DNA of 63,645 nucleotides, the filler included, from Octopus bimaculoides (taxonomy: Eukaryota), in NCBI RefSeq assembly GCF_001194135.2. It is 7 parts of 7 records of this genome, joined end to end, with 100 filler letters (N's around TTAATTAATTAA, not from the genome) between each part and the next. Parts side by side here need not be neighbours in the genome. Positions count along the whole stretch, not along the records: positions 12,873 to 30,104 come from NC_068990.1; 6 more parts are not named here. One strand, 5' to 3'. The notes beneath the pieces were generated by a model, which worked only from the letters and a program-made list of their open reading frames with translations, had not been told where the DNA came from and ran no database searches. Shown here piece by piece: positions 12,829 through 26,563 of this stretch. The position numbers and the translations under genes were made by a program. The stretch's first letter is position 1. Each line of letters starts with the position of its first letter.

Positions 12829-13859
12829 NNNNNNNNNNNNNNNNNNNNNNNNNNNNNNNNNNNNNNNNNNNNTATATTGGAAATATACAAATGAGAAATT
12901 TGTTTTATGATATTTTAGAGAATATATATATTTCTTTCGAATATTAATATTTATTTGTTCATTTTGCATAAGCACCAAGAAATTAGAAAAAATATTATCG
13001 TTATTGTATGTATGCCATTCTTCCTGATAAAACCCATATTTGAAACAGTATTCTTCTAAACTTAATCACCATGTGACGGGTTGTACTCTTCTAGTAGAAT
13101 AAACATAGTCTAGCTGTGTTGAGTACAGGATCATAGATTCATGATTTTCTATCCTCTTCAGTTTCACCACTGTTATTATAAAACAAATTTCCAATTTTCC
13201 ATATAATGTCAATCACAGCTAGCGAATCCCGAATTATCCCAAAGTGTCAATTCCATCAAATAGAACCAGTAAACGCCCACGACATTGACGTGCAAAACGA
13301 ATTACATCCCTCGGTGCACTTCACAAATCGTTTATCCTATTTGTTTTCCTTCAAATCTGATGGAAACATCTTCCCGGTTAGTATTTTGTCTATAAAGTTT
13401 TAGAGCGTTCCGTATACCTCCTAAGACTGCTAATTTTTGGCAATGCGATGAACTGTGGCTCCCATTTTATTGGAAGACATGTTGTCCCCAACACACAGAG
13501 CAGGATGATTACATCGGAGGATATGAAGATCTCTCAGCCCAAGTGTTTTGGAGAGATGTGTTTACCATATCAAACACGTTTCACTGACTCAATAACAAGT
13601 ATGGGGATCAGTAAAACTTAGATATTTTTTCCATTTATACCAACAGGTTCGCTTCAGTAAGTGATACTTAATCCTAATGGCTCTTGAAGAATAAAGAAAA
13701 AGAATTTGAGTGGATTTGAAAGCAGAATGTTAAGAAACGTGTCTACATGACGGGATATGTTTTCGATGGTGCTGAACTGATTCTAGCAAATCAATATTGT
13801 GTATTGATCACCATGCTTAATATGAAAGAAGGACGACAGCGACGATGCTGTTGCACACT

Positions 13860-14051
13860 ATGACGTTGATGATGACGATGATGATGAAGAGGAATGGGGT
13901 GAAGTGGTAATGGTAGGGAGGTTGTGAATGTTAATTTTATTGGTGCTGGTTTTACAGGAAATGAAGATGATGATGACGATGACGAGGAAGAGGAAGTGGA
14001 GGTGGAGGACGACAACGGTGGTGGTAATGATATAGATGACGACGATGACGA

Positions 14052-14084
<33 letters not shown>

Positions 14085-14450
14085 TGATGATGAGGAGGAG
14101 GAGGAGGAGGAGGAGGAGGAGAAGGATGAGGATGTTGATGATGATGAGGATGATGATGATGAGGAGGTGGAGGATGATGATACAAATGTATATAAACGGA
14201 AAATGGAAAATATAGTATAGAAAGAAATAATAAATGTAGAAGTCTGGATGGTGGAAGATGAAAAGTAAATCAAAAAACTGATGATGATATCTCTACTAGT
14301 ATTGATGATGACAATGATGACAGTGGCAGTAATGATGATGATGATGAGGAGGAGGAGGAGGGGGAGGATGACGCCGCCGTGTAAAAGAGAAATACAGAAG
14401 ATAAAGACGAAATCAATCTCCCCTGAGGCGGTAGTGGTTAAACCACTGGT
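13860..14450. repeat. Compound GAT/GAC/GAG trinucleotide low-complexity block
   Basis: Seen directly; gives poly-D/E, poly-S and poly-H/P/R ORFs. Confidence 0.9.
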
Positions 14451-14629
14451 TAGCACTTAATGTCAAATATTTCATAAATGGAAAAGGAATCTTGCTTTGT
14501 ATGAGATATTCACATCAACGTATCTTTCAATTGTTCTGCAAGGCTTGTTCTCTGTACAAAATGACTTATATTACAAAAATCCAATGTGCAACAGATGAAT
14601 AAACCCAGGAAATGATTGAGTCTAGAAGT

Positions 14630-14968
14630 AAAGCTATAACAATATAAATAGTAATACAGATGATATTATTAACAATAATAACAATAATAATGATAAGAAG
14701 ACTATATTAATAATAACGACAACAAGACCAATAATAATGATAATAACGACAATACTTATAAGAATGGTAAGAAAAATAATAATAATAAAAACAATAATGA
14801 TAATAATAATAATAATGATAATAATAAAGGCAACAAAAATTATACGAACGGTAACAACAGCAATATTAATAATAATAATAATAAAATAATAATAATAATA
14901 ATAATGATAATAATAATAATAATAATGATAATAATAATAATAATGATAATTATTATTATTATTATTAC

Positions 14969-15042
<74 letters not shown>
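14630..15042. repeat. (AAT)n tract abutting an (ATT)n tract (palindromic AT-rich repeat)
   Basis: ...ataataatgataat|tattattattatt... polarity switch near 14950. Confidence 0.9.
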
Positions 15043-15043
<1 letters not shown>

Positions 15044-15645
15044 ACAAAAGAACATAGAATCACACAAAATTCTAACAGCTATAATACCGTCGTATTATTG
15101 AGGTTCTCAAAGAAAGGAATCATATAATAAGTGTTATCTTATTTTATTTAGGATTTTCCTGAAAGTTTTATTGTGTTTTATTTTCATACATTTAAATTAT
15201 TTCTTCGATGTATTTTTCGCTTAATAATTGTTTGATAAACTCACTAAATTTCTTCTAAAATAAAAATAATAAAATGAAAACAACATCAATTTCCTTGTGT
15301 AATATATATTTAAATAAATAATACAAATATCTGAATCTATATATATTATGTAATTTCACTTTTTTTTTATTTTCTTATTTCCTTATTTATTTATATAATG
15401 GGGAAATACATTGCACAAGAATGCTTTAAGGAGATATTTGCAGCTTATCTTTCAGAAATTTTAGAAGTAGCCGTCGGCCATTTGCAACGTAATGTTATAC
15501 ACAAGCACACCATTGACAAATACGCATATACGTAAAATTATATGTGTAATAATCCACTTCATTTGGCATACACTCTCTCATACACACTAACAGGAAGTGC
15601 GAGCCACAAATATATATTCATGCATATACACATACATACATACAT

Positions 15646-15743
<98 letters not shown>

Positions 15744-15867
15744 ATTATGTGTNNNNNNNNNNNNNNNNNNNNNNNNNNNNNNNNNNNNNNNNNNNNNNNN
15801 NNNNNNNNNNNNNNNNNNNNNNNNNNNNNNNNNNNNNNNNNNNNNNTATATATGTATATATATATCT

Positions 15868-16252
15868 CTTTTACTCTTTTACTTGTTTCAGACTTTTGAC
15901 TGTGGCCATGCTGGAGCACCGCCTTTTAGTCGAGCAAATCGACCCCAGGACTTATTCTTTAGAAGCCTAGTACTTATTCTATCGAAATCTTTTGTCGAAC
16001 CGCTAAGCATCGGTTGTCAAGCGATGTTGGGGGGACAAACACACACATACAAACATACACACACACATACATATATATATACATATATACGACGGGCTTC
16101 TTTCAGTTTCCGTCTACCAAATCCACTCACCAGACTTTGGTCGGCCCGAGGCTATAGTAGAAGACACTTGCCCAAGATGCCGCGCAGTGAGACTGAACCC
16201 GGGACCATGTGGTTGGTAAGATAGCTACTTACCACACCGCCACTCCTACGCC
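15868..16252 (-). mobile_element. SINE family B, near full length
   Basis: Minus: ggcgtaggagtggcggtgtggtaagtagc..ccacatggtcccgggttcagtc..ttgggcaagtgtcttctactatagcctcgggccgacc..gtggatttggtagacggaaactgaaagaagcccgtcg[CA/TA repeat]..gactgaaacaagtaaaagag. Confidence 0.92.
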
Positions 16253-16605
16253 TATATGTAAATGTATATATATGAATATATACATACATATTTAACTATG
16301 TATACATAGCTATATATCTGTGTCTTTCTGTCTTTATCTATCTATCACTATATATACGATTTAGATATAGATTCAATGTTGAATATGGTACTCATGCGTA
16401 GGCACCCGAATATCGTATCCCAAAAGGATAGGTGATCAAAATCAAAAAATAAGCAACACGGATTTCAAAGGTGATTGCAGCACGCACGTTTCATGCTACT
16501 CCAATTTATTTAAGTAATGTGAGAATTACATTAAATGCAATATGAAGAGCAATTATCAGCTGCACGAAAATGCCGAAAATTACTGTAGAAAAGACATATT
16601 ATAAA

Positions 16606-16662
<57 letters not shown>

Positions 16663-18530
16663 ATATATACACACGCACACATGTATATATATATGTGTGT
16701 GTGTGTGTGATTTGGTGCGGTACTTGGCGGAGATTTTCTGCTTGAAAGTGCGTTTGTATCTTTAGTAAAGCAACACAAAAGAAGACACCGTCTTTAGAAC
16801 CAACAATAGCACTTTTCACTCACAAAAAGAGACTTCATTAAATAAACACAAACCACTCTCCCTCTGACATATTCAAAAAAATTACTTGACATTTGCATAT
16901 CACAATACTGCGACGGAAGGTACTTTAGCTGAAGTTTCATAATTTTCTTTCTCGTACGTTTATTCCTTTTAAAGTGCAGATTTAAACGAATATAACTTTT
17001 TTATTAAACATTGTCTTTCATAATCCAGCGCACACATCCAAATATTTTAATTGTGCATAAAACACAAATCCCAAAAATTAACTAGTGTAAGTATGTTGGG
17101 TTATCAGAGACATTCTATCGAGGTATTTTCCATCCTTTGTAACCCTGGTTTTCATCACTAATTTTTCACATGTCGATAATATATTCTCCTTCATTACTCA
17201 CGACGTTCCGCTGGTTTGTCATTTTTTGGACTGTAGAAATTACGAGATATTGACACGATGAGATCATCAAATTCCAATCCAACAGATGTTCCTGCTAGTA
17301 GGGATTACTGCCGTTTGATGTAACAGTCACGTGCATACACTTGATTCGTATTTAAATAAGTTACAGAATATATTCATCCCTACTTCTACTTATAGGTAAT
17401 TAAAACTCGCCAACGAATTAACAGTAAATTGCACACATTTATTTAGAAAATTATTGTAATATTTTCCAAATGAAGGCTTTTAATTAGAAATCACATGGAT
17501 AAGAGGGCACATAAATTTACATAGTCAAATAATCACGAATTTAGATGTTAACAAAATTACACTAAAGCTCATAACTTTACCGTACGTCCTTTCTTCTTTT
17601 TACAGATATTTTAATGAATTTCTACAAAATGTAACTAGAAATTCAACTTTATATATATCAATTAATACTAGACTTCTCGTATTCAAAAAATTATCCGACA
17701 TTTGCGATTCAAAATGTATAGAACTGGGTTGAGTACTTAAATTGAAACGATATTTATTTCCGCTTTCATTCATTTCATTTTAAATCAGTCTATTTGTCTT
17801 AAACCGTATCACATTACCTTCAGTACTTCTGTGATTTTTTAGTTATTTTAACTCTTATGTTTAACAAAAGTGGTGCTGATCTGTACCCTCTGTCACGGGT
17901 GACCTCAGTTAATAATGCCTTTAGGTTTTAATTCCTAACAAGCCACCATTTTAATTTGATAATTTGTATGTATATCTATATATATATATATATATATATA
18001 TNNNNNNNNNNNNNNNNNNNNNNNNNNNNNNNNNNNNNNNNNNNNNNNNNNNNNNNNNNNNNNNNNNNNNNNNNNNNNNNNNNNNNNNNNNNNNNNNNNN
18101 NNNNNNNNNNNNNNNNNNNNNNNNNNNNNNNNNNNNNNNNNNNNNNNNNNNNNNNNNNNNNNNNNNNNNNNNNNNNNNNNNNNNNNNNNNNNNNNNNNNN
18201 NNNNNNNNNNNNNNNNNNNNNNNNNNNNNNNNNNNNNNNNNNNNNNNNNNNNNNNNNNNNNNNNNNNNNNNNNNNNNNNNNNNNNNNNNNNNNNNNNNNN
18301 NNNNNNNNNNNNNNNNNNNNNNNNNNNNNNNNNNNNNNNNNNNNNNNNNNNNNNNNNNNNNNNNNNNNNNNNNNNNNNNNNNNNNNNNNNNNNNNNNNNN
18401 NNNNNNNNNNNNNNNNNNNNNNNNNNNNNNNNNNNNNNNNTATATATATACATGTATATATGTGTATGTATATATGTATTTAGAAGTATGTATGTCTATA
18501 TATTTGTATATATATACAAACACACACACC

Positions 18531-18567
<37 letters not shown>

Positions 18568-18761
18568 GCATAAACATACATACATACATACATACAAACA
18601 TATATATATATATATATGTGCGTGTGTATGTGTGTGTGTAGGTATATAGATATACGGAGCAGGAAACTTACAGAATAACATATCAAATTACATATTTTCT
18701 TGATGTTTTATACAGAATATTTTGTGTTCCATATCTATCCATTTGTCTATCTATCTATCTC

Positions 18762-18792
<31 letters not shown>

Positions 18793-18901
18793 GCATGTAT
18801 GTGTGTTTGTATGAGTGCGTTACAACTTAATATATAGACATACACATGCGCACACACATAGAAACACACACATGTATGTGTATATATATATNNNNNNNNN
18901 N

Positions 18902-18933
<32 letters not shown>

Positions 18934-21204
18934 TACATTTATATGCATTTACCTTCTTTCCGCCTTTCTGTATTCTAATGCAACAGATCCTGCTTTGTTA
19001 GCATATTTCTAATTCCGTAAAATAAATAAAATTTCAAGTACTTCGATCAATGTATCGAGTGTTGCTTCTTTCTAAATTATCTGATGTTGTGAAAATGTAA
19101 GAAATCGATTTTAAAGCAGTTTGAAGCAGGAACACAAATGTAAAACCAATACTCTTCCTGAATCATATATTGACTCCAATAACACTCAGTGTAAGGGACT
19201 TATTTTAATCGTATTAACATAAATTGATATGAAATACTTTTGTCAAATCACAGCTATATCATCTGACATCTAATCTTCACAGAATAACGTGTTGTCTGAA
19301 AAATCTACAGGGATATTAAAGAACTGAAGAATCTTTGTAATATTATATTTTACTTGATTTATATCATACATCTTTCACCCTTGTCAGGTCCGATATTCAG
19401 TTTACCTAAGCACCTTCTGCTAATATAAGCATGTATCTACATATTCACACACACACACACCCACACACATATATATATATATATATGTATGTATATGTAT
19501 ATATATATGTGTGTGTGTGTGTATTTATATTTGTATTAGATGAAATATATATATATATATATATATATATGTTCTCTATGTGGCTTGTGTGTTTTCTCTT
19601 CTCTGTTTTGTTTGCAATGTCCTGTACCCAGATATGCACCTATACATACAAGTGGATGTCGGTATGCACATACCTGTACGTATATATGCATATACTCTTT
19701 TACTATTTATATATATATATCCATCACATCACAGTAAAAATAAGTTTCATTGTTTTAATCATCATTCAGTATTTTATTAAAATTTGATTCCATATAATCC
19801 TTAATAATATGGCATTTGCCTGTCAATGATAACATCGTACATGAAATCTGAAATACTTCTTTTACCGCAACTTATTCCTTTTGCTATCAGAATAATTTGT
19901 CAAGTGTTAACAACAAGGATGTTGTATAATATATCTATGCTAATCTCTATACAACGTTAATACAACAAAGTAATATGTTGATACATGTTGGCAGGCCTTT
20001 AGAAATACTCGTTAAAACAAATACCATTTAGATATTGCATTAAATCTACTTTATTATATTCTTTAACCGAGGCTCTCTACATGTTAGTAGCCTCGTGGTT
20101 AATCCGTTGCATTTACAACTAGACGACCGTGGCTTCGATTTCCAGATTAGTGAATGCGTTGTGTTATTGAGAAAAAAAGTGTTCATTTCACGTTGCCCAA
20201 GATATCTTAGGTTTAAATGAGTAGATTTGCGACGGACTTGTTTCTCGTTCACGTTGATGTTTGGTTGTGTTAGTAACATATATGCCAGATAAACTGGTTA
20301 ACCGATCCTGTGAGTCGTAGAACTGGAGTGTGTACATACTTTTTCTAAGGCTTTCAGTCACTTAGAAATGACCATAAAATACACTAACTCTTGCTTCGAT
20401 ACATTTTTAACAGCATTTCAAGCAATGGACACTTGTGTTTTGATTATTTCACATACGTTTGATAACCAACGTCGATCTGATACTAAGCAAGACGTTCATA
20501 TAAACACTTGTTCATATGTACTTGAATTTTGTTTAATCAGATTTCATATTCTTCATTCCTTCCTATTATTTGAATATGGAATAAATCTCTATAATTTAAT
20601 ATACCATGAGAATTCCGTTTCCATTCTTTACATGTCTACTTATTTTGTAATTCTAAATTTAATCCAAAATATTTTAAGTTCTAATCTTGCCATTAAAAAA
20701 CTGAATTTTCTGCGTTCTCTACATCTTTAATCTCTCATATTTACGTTTCTTTCATCGGTCTCAGAAACCTAAAGTAAATTCAATTTATCAGATTAGCTGT
20801 GTATACGCAAACAATAAAGTTGAATGTAAGGAATTATTAATTAAATAATTTTAAAAACGAAGAGAGGGAAGAAACTTACGACATTAGAAGTTATTTTGCA
20901 TTCAACATTTCTTAACAACATTTCTTAACATTTGAGAATTTTAACATACGTACACATGTATGCATCAAGCACACATGTACGCACATCTACATGCGCAAAG
21001 ATCAACCAATCATATATATATATTAATGTTGTGGTCGTGCTGGGGTACCAATGTTGCGTGTGCTACACCATTATTTGAAACCTCATCTGATATGTGACGT
21101 TTGCTGAATGAGGGGGTTTAATGCTGCTGCCCTCATCTGTTTTTCCTGCCGTGATGTTTGCTCATCCGAAAACCTTGACAGGAGGAGATACAGTATTGTG
21201 TCGA

Positions 21205-21254
21205 AGACAGGTACATTCCGACGAAGAGTACTGTACTCGAAACGTCACGCCTGT
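21205..21254 (+). ncRNA. Degenerate Penelope-type minimal hammerhead ribozyme motif
   Basis: CCGACGA (21218-24; U4 replaced by C), A, GAGTA-ctg-TACTC, GAAAC-GT-C; imperfect stem I acagg../..cctgt. Confidence 0.5.
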
Positions 21255-21714
21255 TTTTCCATCTGAAACATTCCCTCAGCATCAAACTAATATTTTCATT
21301 GGGTACGTCCAATTGACTTTTGTCATCTTTTCAAGACCTTTATATTTGATTTGCCTATATAAACATTGTGAGTGTGTGTGTATATATATGTAGATGNNNN
21401 NNNNNNATATATATGTATGTATATATATATAAATAGAGGTGGTGCGGATGTCTTCATGGGGACCTGTATAATGCTTTTCACGGACCAGTGTGGGTTCTTT
21501 CAAGCCAACAGCCGTTATGAAAGTGTGCAGGTTTAAATATAATCCCAGGAGGTTCCATACATATATGCGTTCATATATTAATATATACGGCCATGATTCA
21601 TTTGTATTTGGGAATAATATAACAATCAGGTATACTCGTCCATCACGTCACCAAATCTTCTAATATTTACTGAGTACCAGGAAATATCAATTATCAGCAG
21701 CAACAGTAATCGTG

Positions 21715-22075
21715 GTATTCTGTCGGTTGCGATGACGAGGGTTCCAGTTGATCAGATCAACGGAATAGCCTGTTCGTGAAATTAACGTGTAAGTGGCTGA
21801 ACGCTCCACAGACGAGTGTGCACTTAACGTAGTTCTCGGGGAGATTCAGCGTGACACAGAGTGTGACAAAGCAGGCCCTATGAAATATAAGTACAACAGA
21901 AACAGGAAGTAAGAGTAAGAGAAAGTTGTGGTGAAAGAGTAGAGCAGGGTTCACCACCACCCCTTGCTGGAGCTTAGGTTTTTTCGCTCAATAAACACTC
22001 ACAACACTCGGTCTGAGAATCGAAACCGCAATCCTATGACGGCGAGGTGGTTGCCCTAACCACTGGGCCACATGT
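21715..22075 (-). mobile_element. SINE family C, near full length
   Basis: Same head and body as 6952-7265. Confidence 0.9.
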
Positions 22076-22936
22076 CTTCACTATCAAAAAAAAAAAAACA
22101 TTAACATCAGCAGGAACGATAGTAACAATAGAAACAGGTTTTATTCGTAACACATTTGGAAATCCGTAGCAAGTAATACTGGTGTAGCATTGTGTGGATT
22201 TCGCTGGAGTTAAAAATGCATGAATTAGTTTCGTCAATTCGCTGTATTTGTTTATATGATGTCGGTTATATAAGCTGTCTTAAATCTTGATATGTGTCTT
22301 ATGAAAAAGTTTGAGCGTTACATGTTTTCAATATGTAGAAGAATAAACAGAAAATGGCGACAAATATACACAGATACATATTTCCTGTCGCATTTTGAAA
22401 AGAATTAAGATCTTTACTTTTTTTTTAAATATACGAAATTGTGTCTTTGATAAAGAATGGTCATATGTAAAGTGAAGAGAATCAAGAAAATATGGCATTA
22501 ACTATTTTGTACGGACTGCCAACATTATGAAATTTTCAAAATCAGAGTGAACTAAAGAAAAATGCAGGTCTGCAACACATGCCAGTAAAATTCCCTTGAA
22601 GTACAACATATCTTCTTAAAACCCACGATACATAGTGCAATATTTGGATCTATTTTAAAACGGGGGCCACATTTTTCATTAATGTTTTACGTAGTGTTTT
22701 TGATACGGAAAGACTTTCAAACTTCGTATACTTATCTACTTTGTGTTATAGAACAGAAAAATATTTTTGTATTCGAATTTATTTCATGTAAAAAATTGTC
22801 TTATTTCGATAATTTCAACCAATCACTGACAAGTATTCCGTTGTTTACATTTACTCCTTTGGCTGATTAAGCGATGTAAAGCGTATTTAATCTCCATACC
22901 TTCGTTTTATTTGCTTTTTTCATTTTAAATTTGCTT

Positions 22937-22984
22937 TAACCCTAACCCTAACCCTAACCCTAACCCTAACCGTAACCCTAACCC
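22937..22984 (-). repeat. Interstitial telomere-type (TTAGGG)8 tract with one variant unit
   Basis: taaccc x5, taaccg, taaccc x2 on the + strand. Confidence 0.9.
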
Positions 22985-24044
22985 TCAGAGAATATCTATA
23001 GCAACTCATAATTACCTGGGAAAATGTAGGCGATTAAGCTCAGTATTAGGATCAATAGAGACGTCTATCTGTCCGATGCTGCGACCAAATGTACAGAAGG
23101 AGCAAAGGAGGCGAAGGCAACAAATGCTATGTAGTTATACCGATGATAAGTAAAATTATATAAAGAAAACATGCCCTGCATGTGAAAAGGATTGAAGCTG
23201 CATTCGTACTTCTAGAAAGTACTGGAGAGATCAAAGCGGTCGACAACCTTACTACGCTTACATCGTATTTCATTTATAATGAAAATATAAAGTTATTCTG
23301 ACATCAATCGGAATTGGTAATTTACATAAAACTTATGTTATAGAAAATGGATCGCGTGATGAACAGACGTCGTTAACATTTATACTGTGAAAGCAGAAAA
23401 ACAATTAAATCAAGAAAGGAATAAAATTCGTTGCTCTGTCATATATCATTTATCTAAATATAACAAGACTAAAAATGATGCTATTGTATACGCATTTATT
23501 GTTTTGTTTCAACAACATAGAGTCATGTAAATCATTTAAGAAGGAGGAAAACAAAAATTATGTAATATTAATTCACATTACTAACAGCCCGTAGTGACTG
23601 CATGGATCACATAGCTATATGTATATATATGCAAATAAAGCAAATAGTGTTGTTGGTGTTTGCTTTGGTTTACTTTTGTTTTCATAAAGTCGGGTTATAA
23701 TCAATTCTATTTACCGTGGTATCTTATTAGGAAATATTGTATAGTCATTTAAATGTAAAGTAATAGAGCCAATGCCGATGGGAGAAAGAGTAAACGGGAT
23801 TAAATATAATCTGGTATTTTCAAAGACATTTATTTCTCGAAATACTTCAAAGTATAAAACTAGATAACTTTATTAGGTGGAAGACAGACTGACGATTAAA
23901 ACCATCCGGTATACTAGGGTGCCAAATAAATCTGTTGGTTTTTTTTTTTTTCTGGTTGGCACTCCATTATTGTGTCTGAAATAAGAAACAAAAGTGGTCG
24001 ACGAAGACTAGAACTAGAAACACCCATAAAACAACGAGAGGAAT

Positions 24045-24497
24045 ATTGTTCGTCTTTTATCATTTGTTGTTTCACTCATTAGATTGCGGGTATGCTGGGG
24101 CACCGCCTTATTATTTTTTAAAGTCTGGTATTCTATCGACTCTCTTTTGCCAAGCTGCTAAGTTACGGAGACATAAACACACCAACACCAGTTCTCAAGT
24201 GGCTGTGTCAAGCAGTGGTAGGGAACAAACACAGACACAAAGATACGCATGTACACATGCACATGTATGTGTATGTATAGGTATATGTTCACTGCTCGAA
24301 ATGAGGAGTAGATAGACAACCGACAACTGATGAAGGGTCGTTATTTATGTTGCTTGTCCTGTTTTCCATTTCTTTCACTCGTTGTTTGCATATTCAACTT
24401 TGTTTTCGTATTTCATGTTGTTTAGAGTTGGTGACGTCCTGTACACATTTATGCATATACATGTGTGTGGGTGTGTATGCATATATATATTATTTAT

Positions 24498-24547
<50 letters not shown>

Positions 24548-24735
24548 TGTATGTATGTGAGTGTGTGTGTATACTAAACGATCTTCTTTCAGTTTCTGTC
24601 TACCAACTTCACTTACAAGACTTTAGTCGGCCCAACTCTATAATAAAAGACCCTTATCCAACGTGGGACGCAGTGGGGCTGAACGCACAACCGTGTGGTT
24701 GGGATGCAAACCTATTATCACACAGTCACACCGAA
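24045..24735 (-). mobile_element. SINE family B, split by an inserted repeat fragment and microsatellite in its internal CA/TA tract
   Basis: 3' half at 24045-24235 (atgctggggcaccgcc..gctaagttacggagacataaacacacc) and 5' half at 24575-24735 (ttctttcagtttctgtctaccaa..ggctgaacgcacaaccgtgtggttgg). Confidence 0.75.
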
Positions 24736-24822
24736 TTAATGTTGTAATTGAAGAAAAAATCGGACGAATTTAGCTGACAACCGAAATTATTCGCGATTAT
24801 TTTCTTCACCTCCCAGGATGAG

Positions 24823-24869
24823 ATGCAAATGTTCCCCTATGCAAATGTTCCCCTATGCAAATGTTCCCT
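24823..24869 (+). repeat. Three tandem 16-bp units, each containing the octamer ATGCAAAT
   Basis: ATGCAAATgttcccct ATGCAAATgttcccct ATGCAAATgttccct. Confidence 0.9.
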
Positions 24870-25014
24870 CAATACAAGCACAGCTGGTGATACAGTATGA
24901 TGCACAATTGTTACAACATTTGCATCATTTAGTAAGCAACACGCTGTGACTTCGTCATTAGTACATTGCGCTAACAAAACGTTATACATGCACAGAAGGC
25001 AATGCGTTGTATCC

Positions 25015-25212
25015 TTGAGTGAGACACCTTATTTAACGTTGCTCCAGTCCACTCAGCTGGCAAAATGAGTAGTACCTGTATTTCAAAGGGCCAGCCTTGA
25101 CACACTCTGTGTCACGCTGAATCTTCCTACGAACTACGTTGAAGGTACACGAGCAAGCTGTTCTGTTGATCGTAATAGCTTAGGACCCTCGTCATCGTAA
25201 CTGACGGAGTAC
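25015..25212 (+). mobile_element. SINE family C/D-type 3' portion
   Basis: ccttgagtgagacacctt..acgttgctccagtccactcagctggcaaaatgagtagtacctgtatttcaaagggccagcc..gtcacgctgaatc..gaccctcgtcatcgtaactgacggagt. Confidence 0.8.
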
Positions 25213-26563
25213 TCCTTTTATGATGCTAATACCATTGCGCCCATCCTTCATTTCATTTAAATTCCGTCCCCACCCCTCTGCCATTCGTGTTCTACTCCAT
25301 CCGTTTCCATATTTTATTAAATACAGACATAAAAATTTGCATTGTATTGGTAAGCGTCCACAACTGGATACATAGCCAGTATCAGTCGTGACTTTCAGAG
25401 ACATTTTCGTTGAAGTTCGGTTAAAATATTCATTGGTTTAAAGAAAAAATCAAAATGTCATATTTAGAAAAATATGGAACAATAACCGTCAATATTATTT
25501 ATTTATATTTAAGCATATACATATATACATATATACATATTAATACATACATACATATATATTTGTATATATGTATATTTATTTTGTTAGATGTGCGTGA
25601 GTACATATCAAGTTATAGTTATTTCTCCATATATCTCGTTATCTGTGAGAATGTGTGTGTATGTGCGGTTCTGTCTGCTCGCACGCATACCTTCGCGCGC
25701 GCGCGCACACATACCCACGCACGCACACATTTCCACACTTATGTATACATATAAATGGGTGTGCGCGCATGTCTGTCTTTGTATGCGTGCACTGCGCATT
25801 CTTGCGTGTGGCGTGATAATTAATAACATTACATATTAAACAATGAATATATGCATACATTCATATATATANNNNNNNNNNNNNNNNNNNNNNNNNNNNN
25901 NNNNNNNNNNNNNNNNNNNNNNNNNNNNNNNNNNNNNNNNNNNNNNNNNNNNNNNNNNNNNNNNNNNNNNNNNNNNNNNNNNNNNNNNNNNNNNNNNNNN
26001 NNNNNNNNNNNNNNNNNNNNNNNNNNNNNNNNNNNNNNNNNATATATATATATATATATATATACATATATATATGTACACGTTTAGACGTACATGGATA
26101 TAAACACACACACATGTATATACATGAGATAGCTACATATGCATATATCTATAAGTAAATGTATACACATCTATTGACACACACACACACATATACATCC
26201 ACTCACATACACACACATACACGCAATCTCACATACACACACACGTGTGTGTGTGTGTGTGTGTTTGTGCGCGTCTGTGTGCCAGTGTGTGCTCAATGCC
26301 GGCTTAATAATAACTTATTTTACGTTATTTTATATGATTCATAACGATTGTTAAAATTAATTACAATAGAATAGCATGTCATTGACCAATCAGCCATCAC
26401 CACCTTCCTGAACTGCAGGGTAACAATGATTGTCGGTGAAACGTTGACATTTGGAAACGCTATGACTGCATTACTTCCACCACTTCACTTCAAGTCATCT
26501 CCTTCGCCATTTCTTTAAAATATGCAAAGATCAACAACTCTTTCTTTCACTCGATCTCCTTAC

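Noticed and set aside
24295-24345. Type II hammerhead (GAAA..CTGATGA)
   Set aside because: No pairable stem I or stem III, and stem II is mostly wobble pairs
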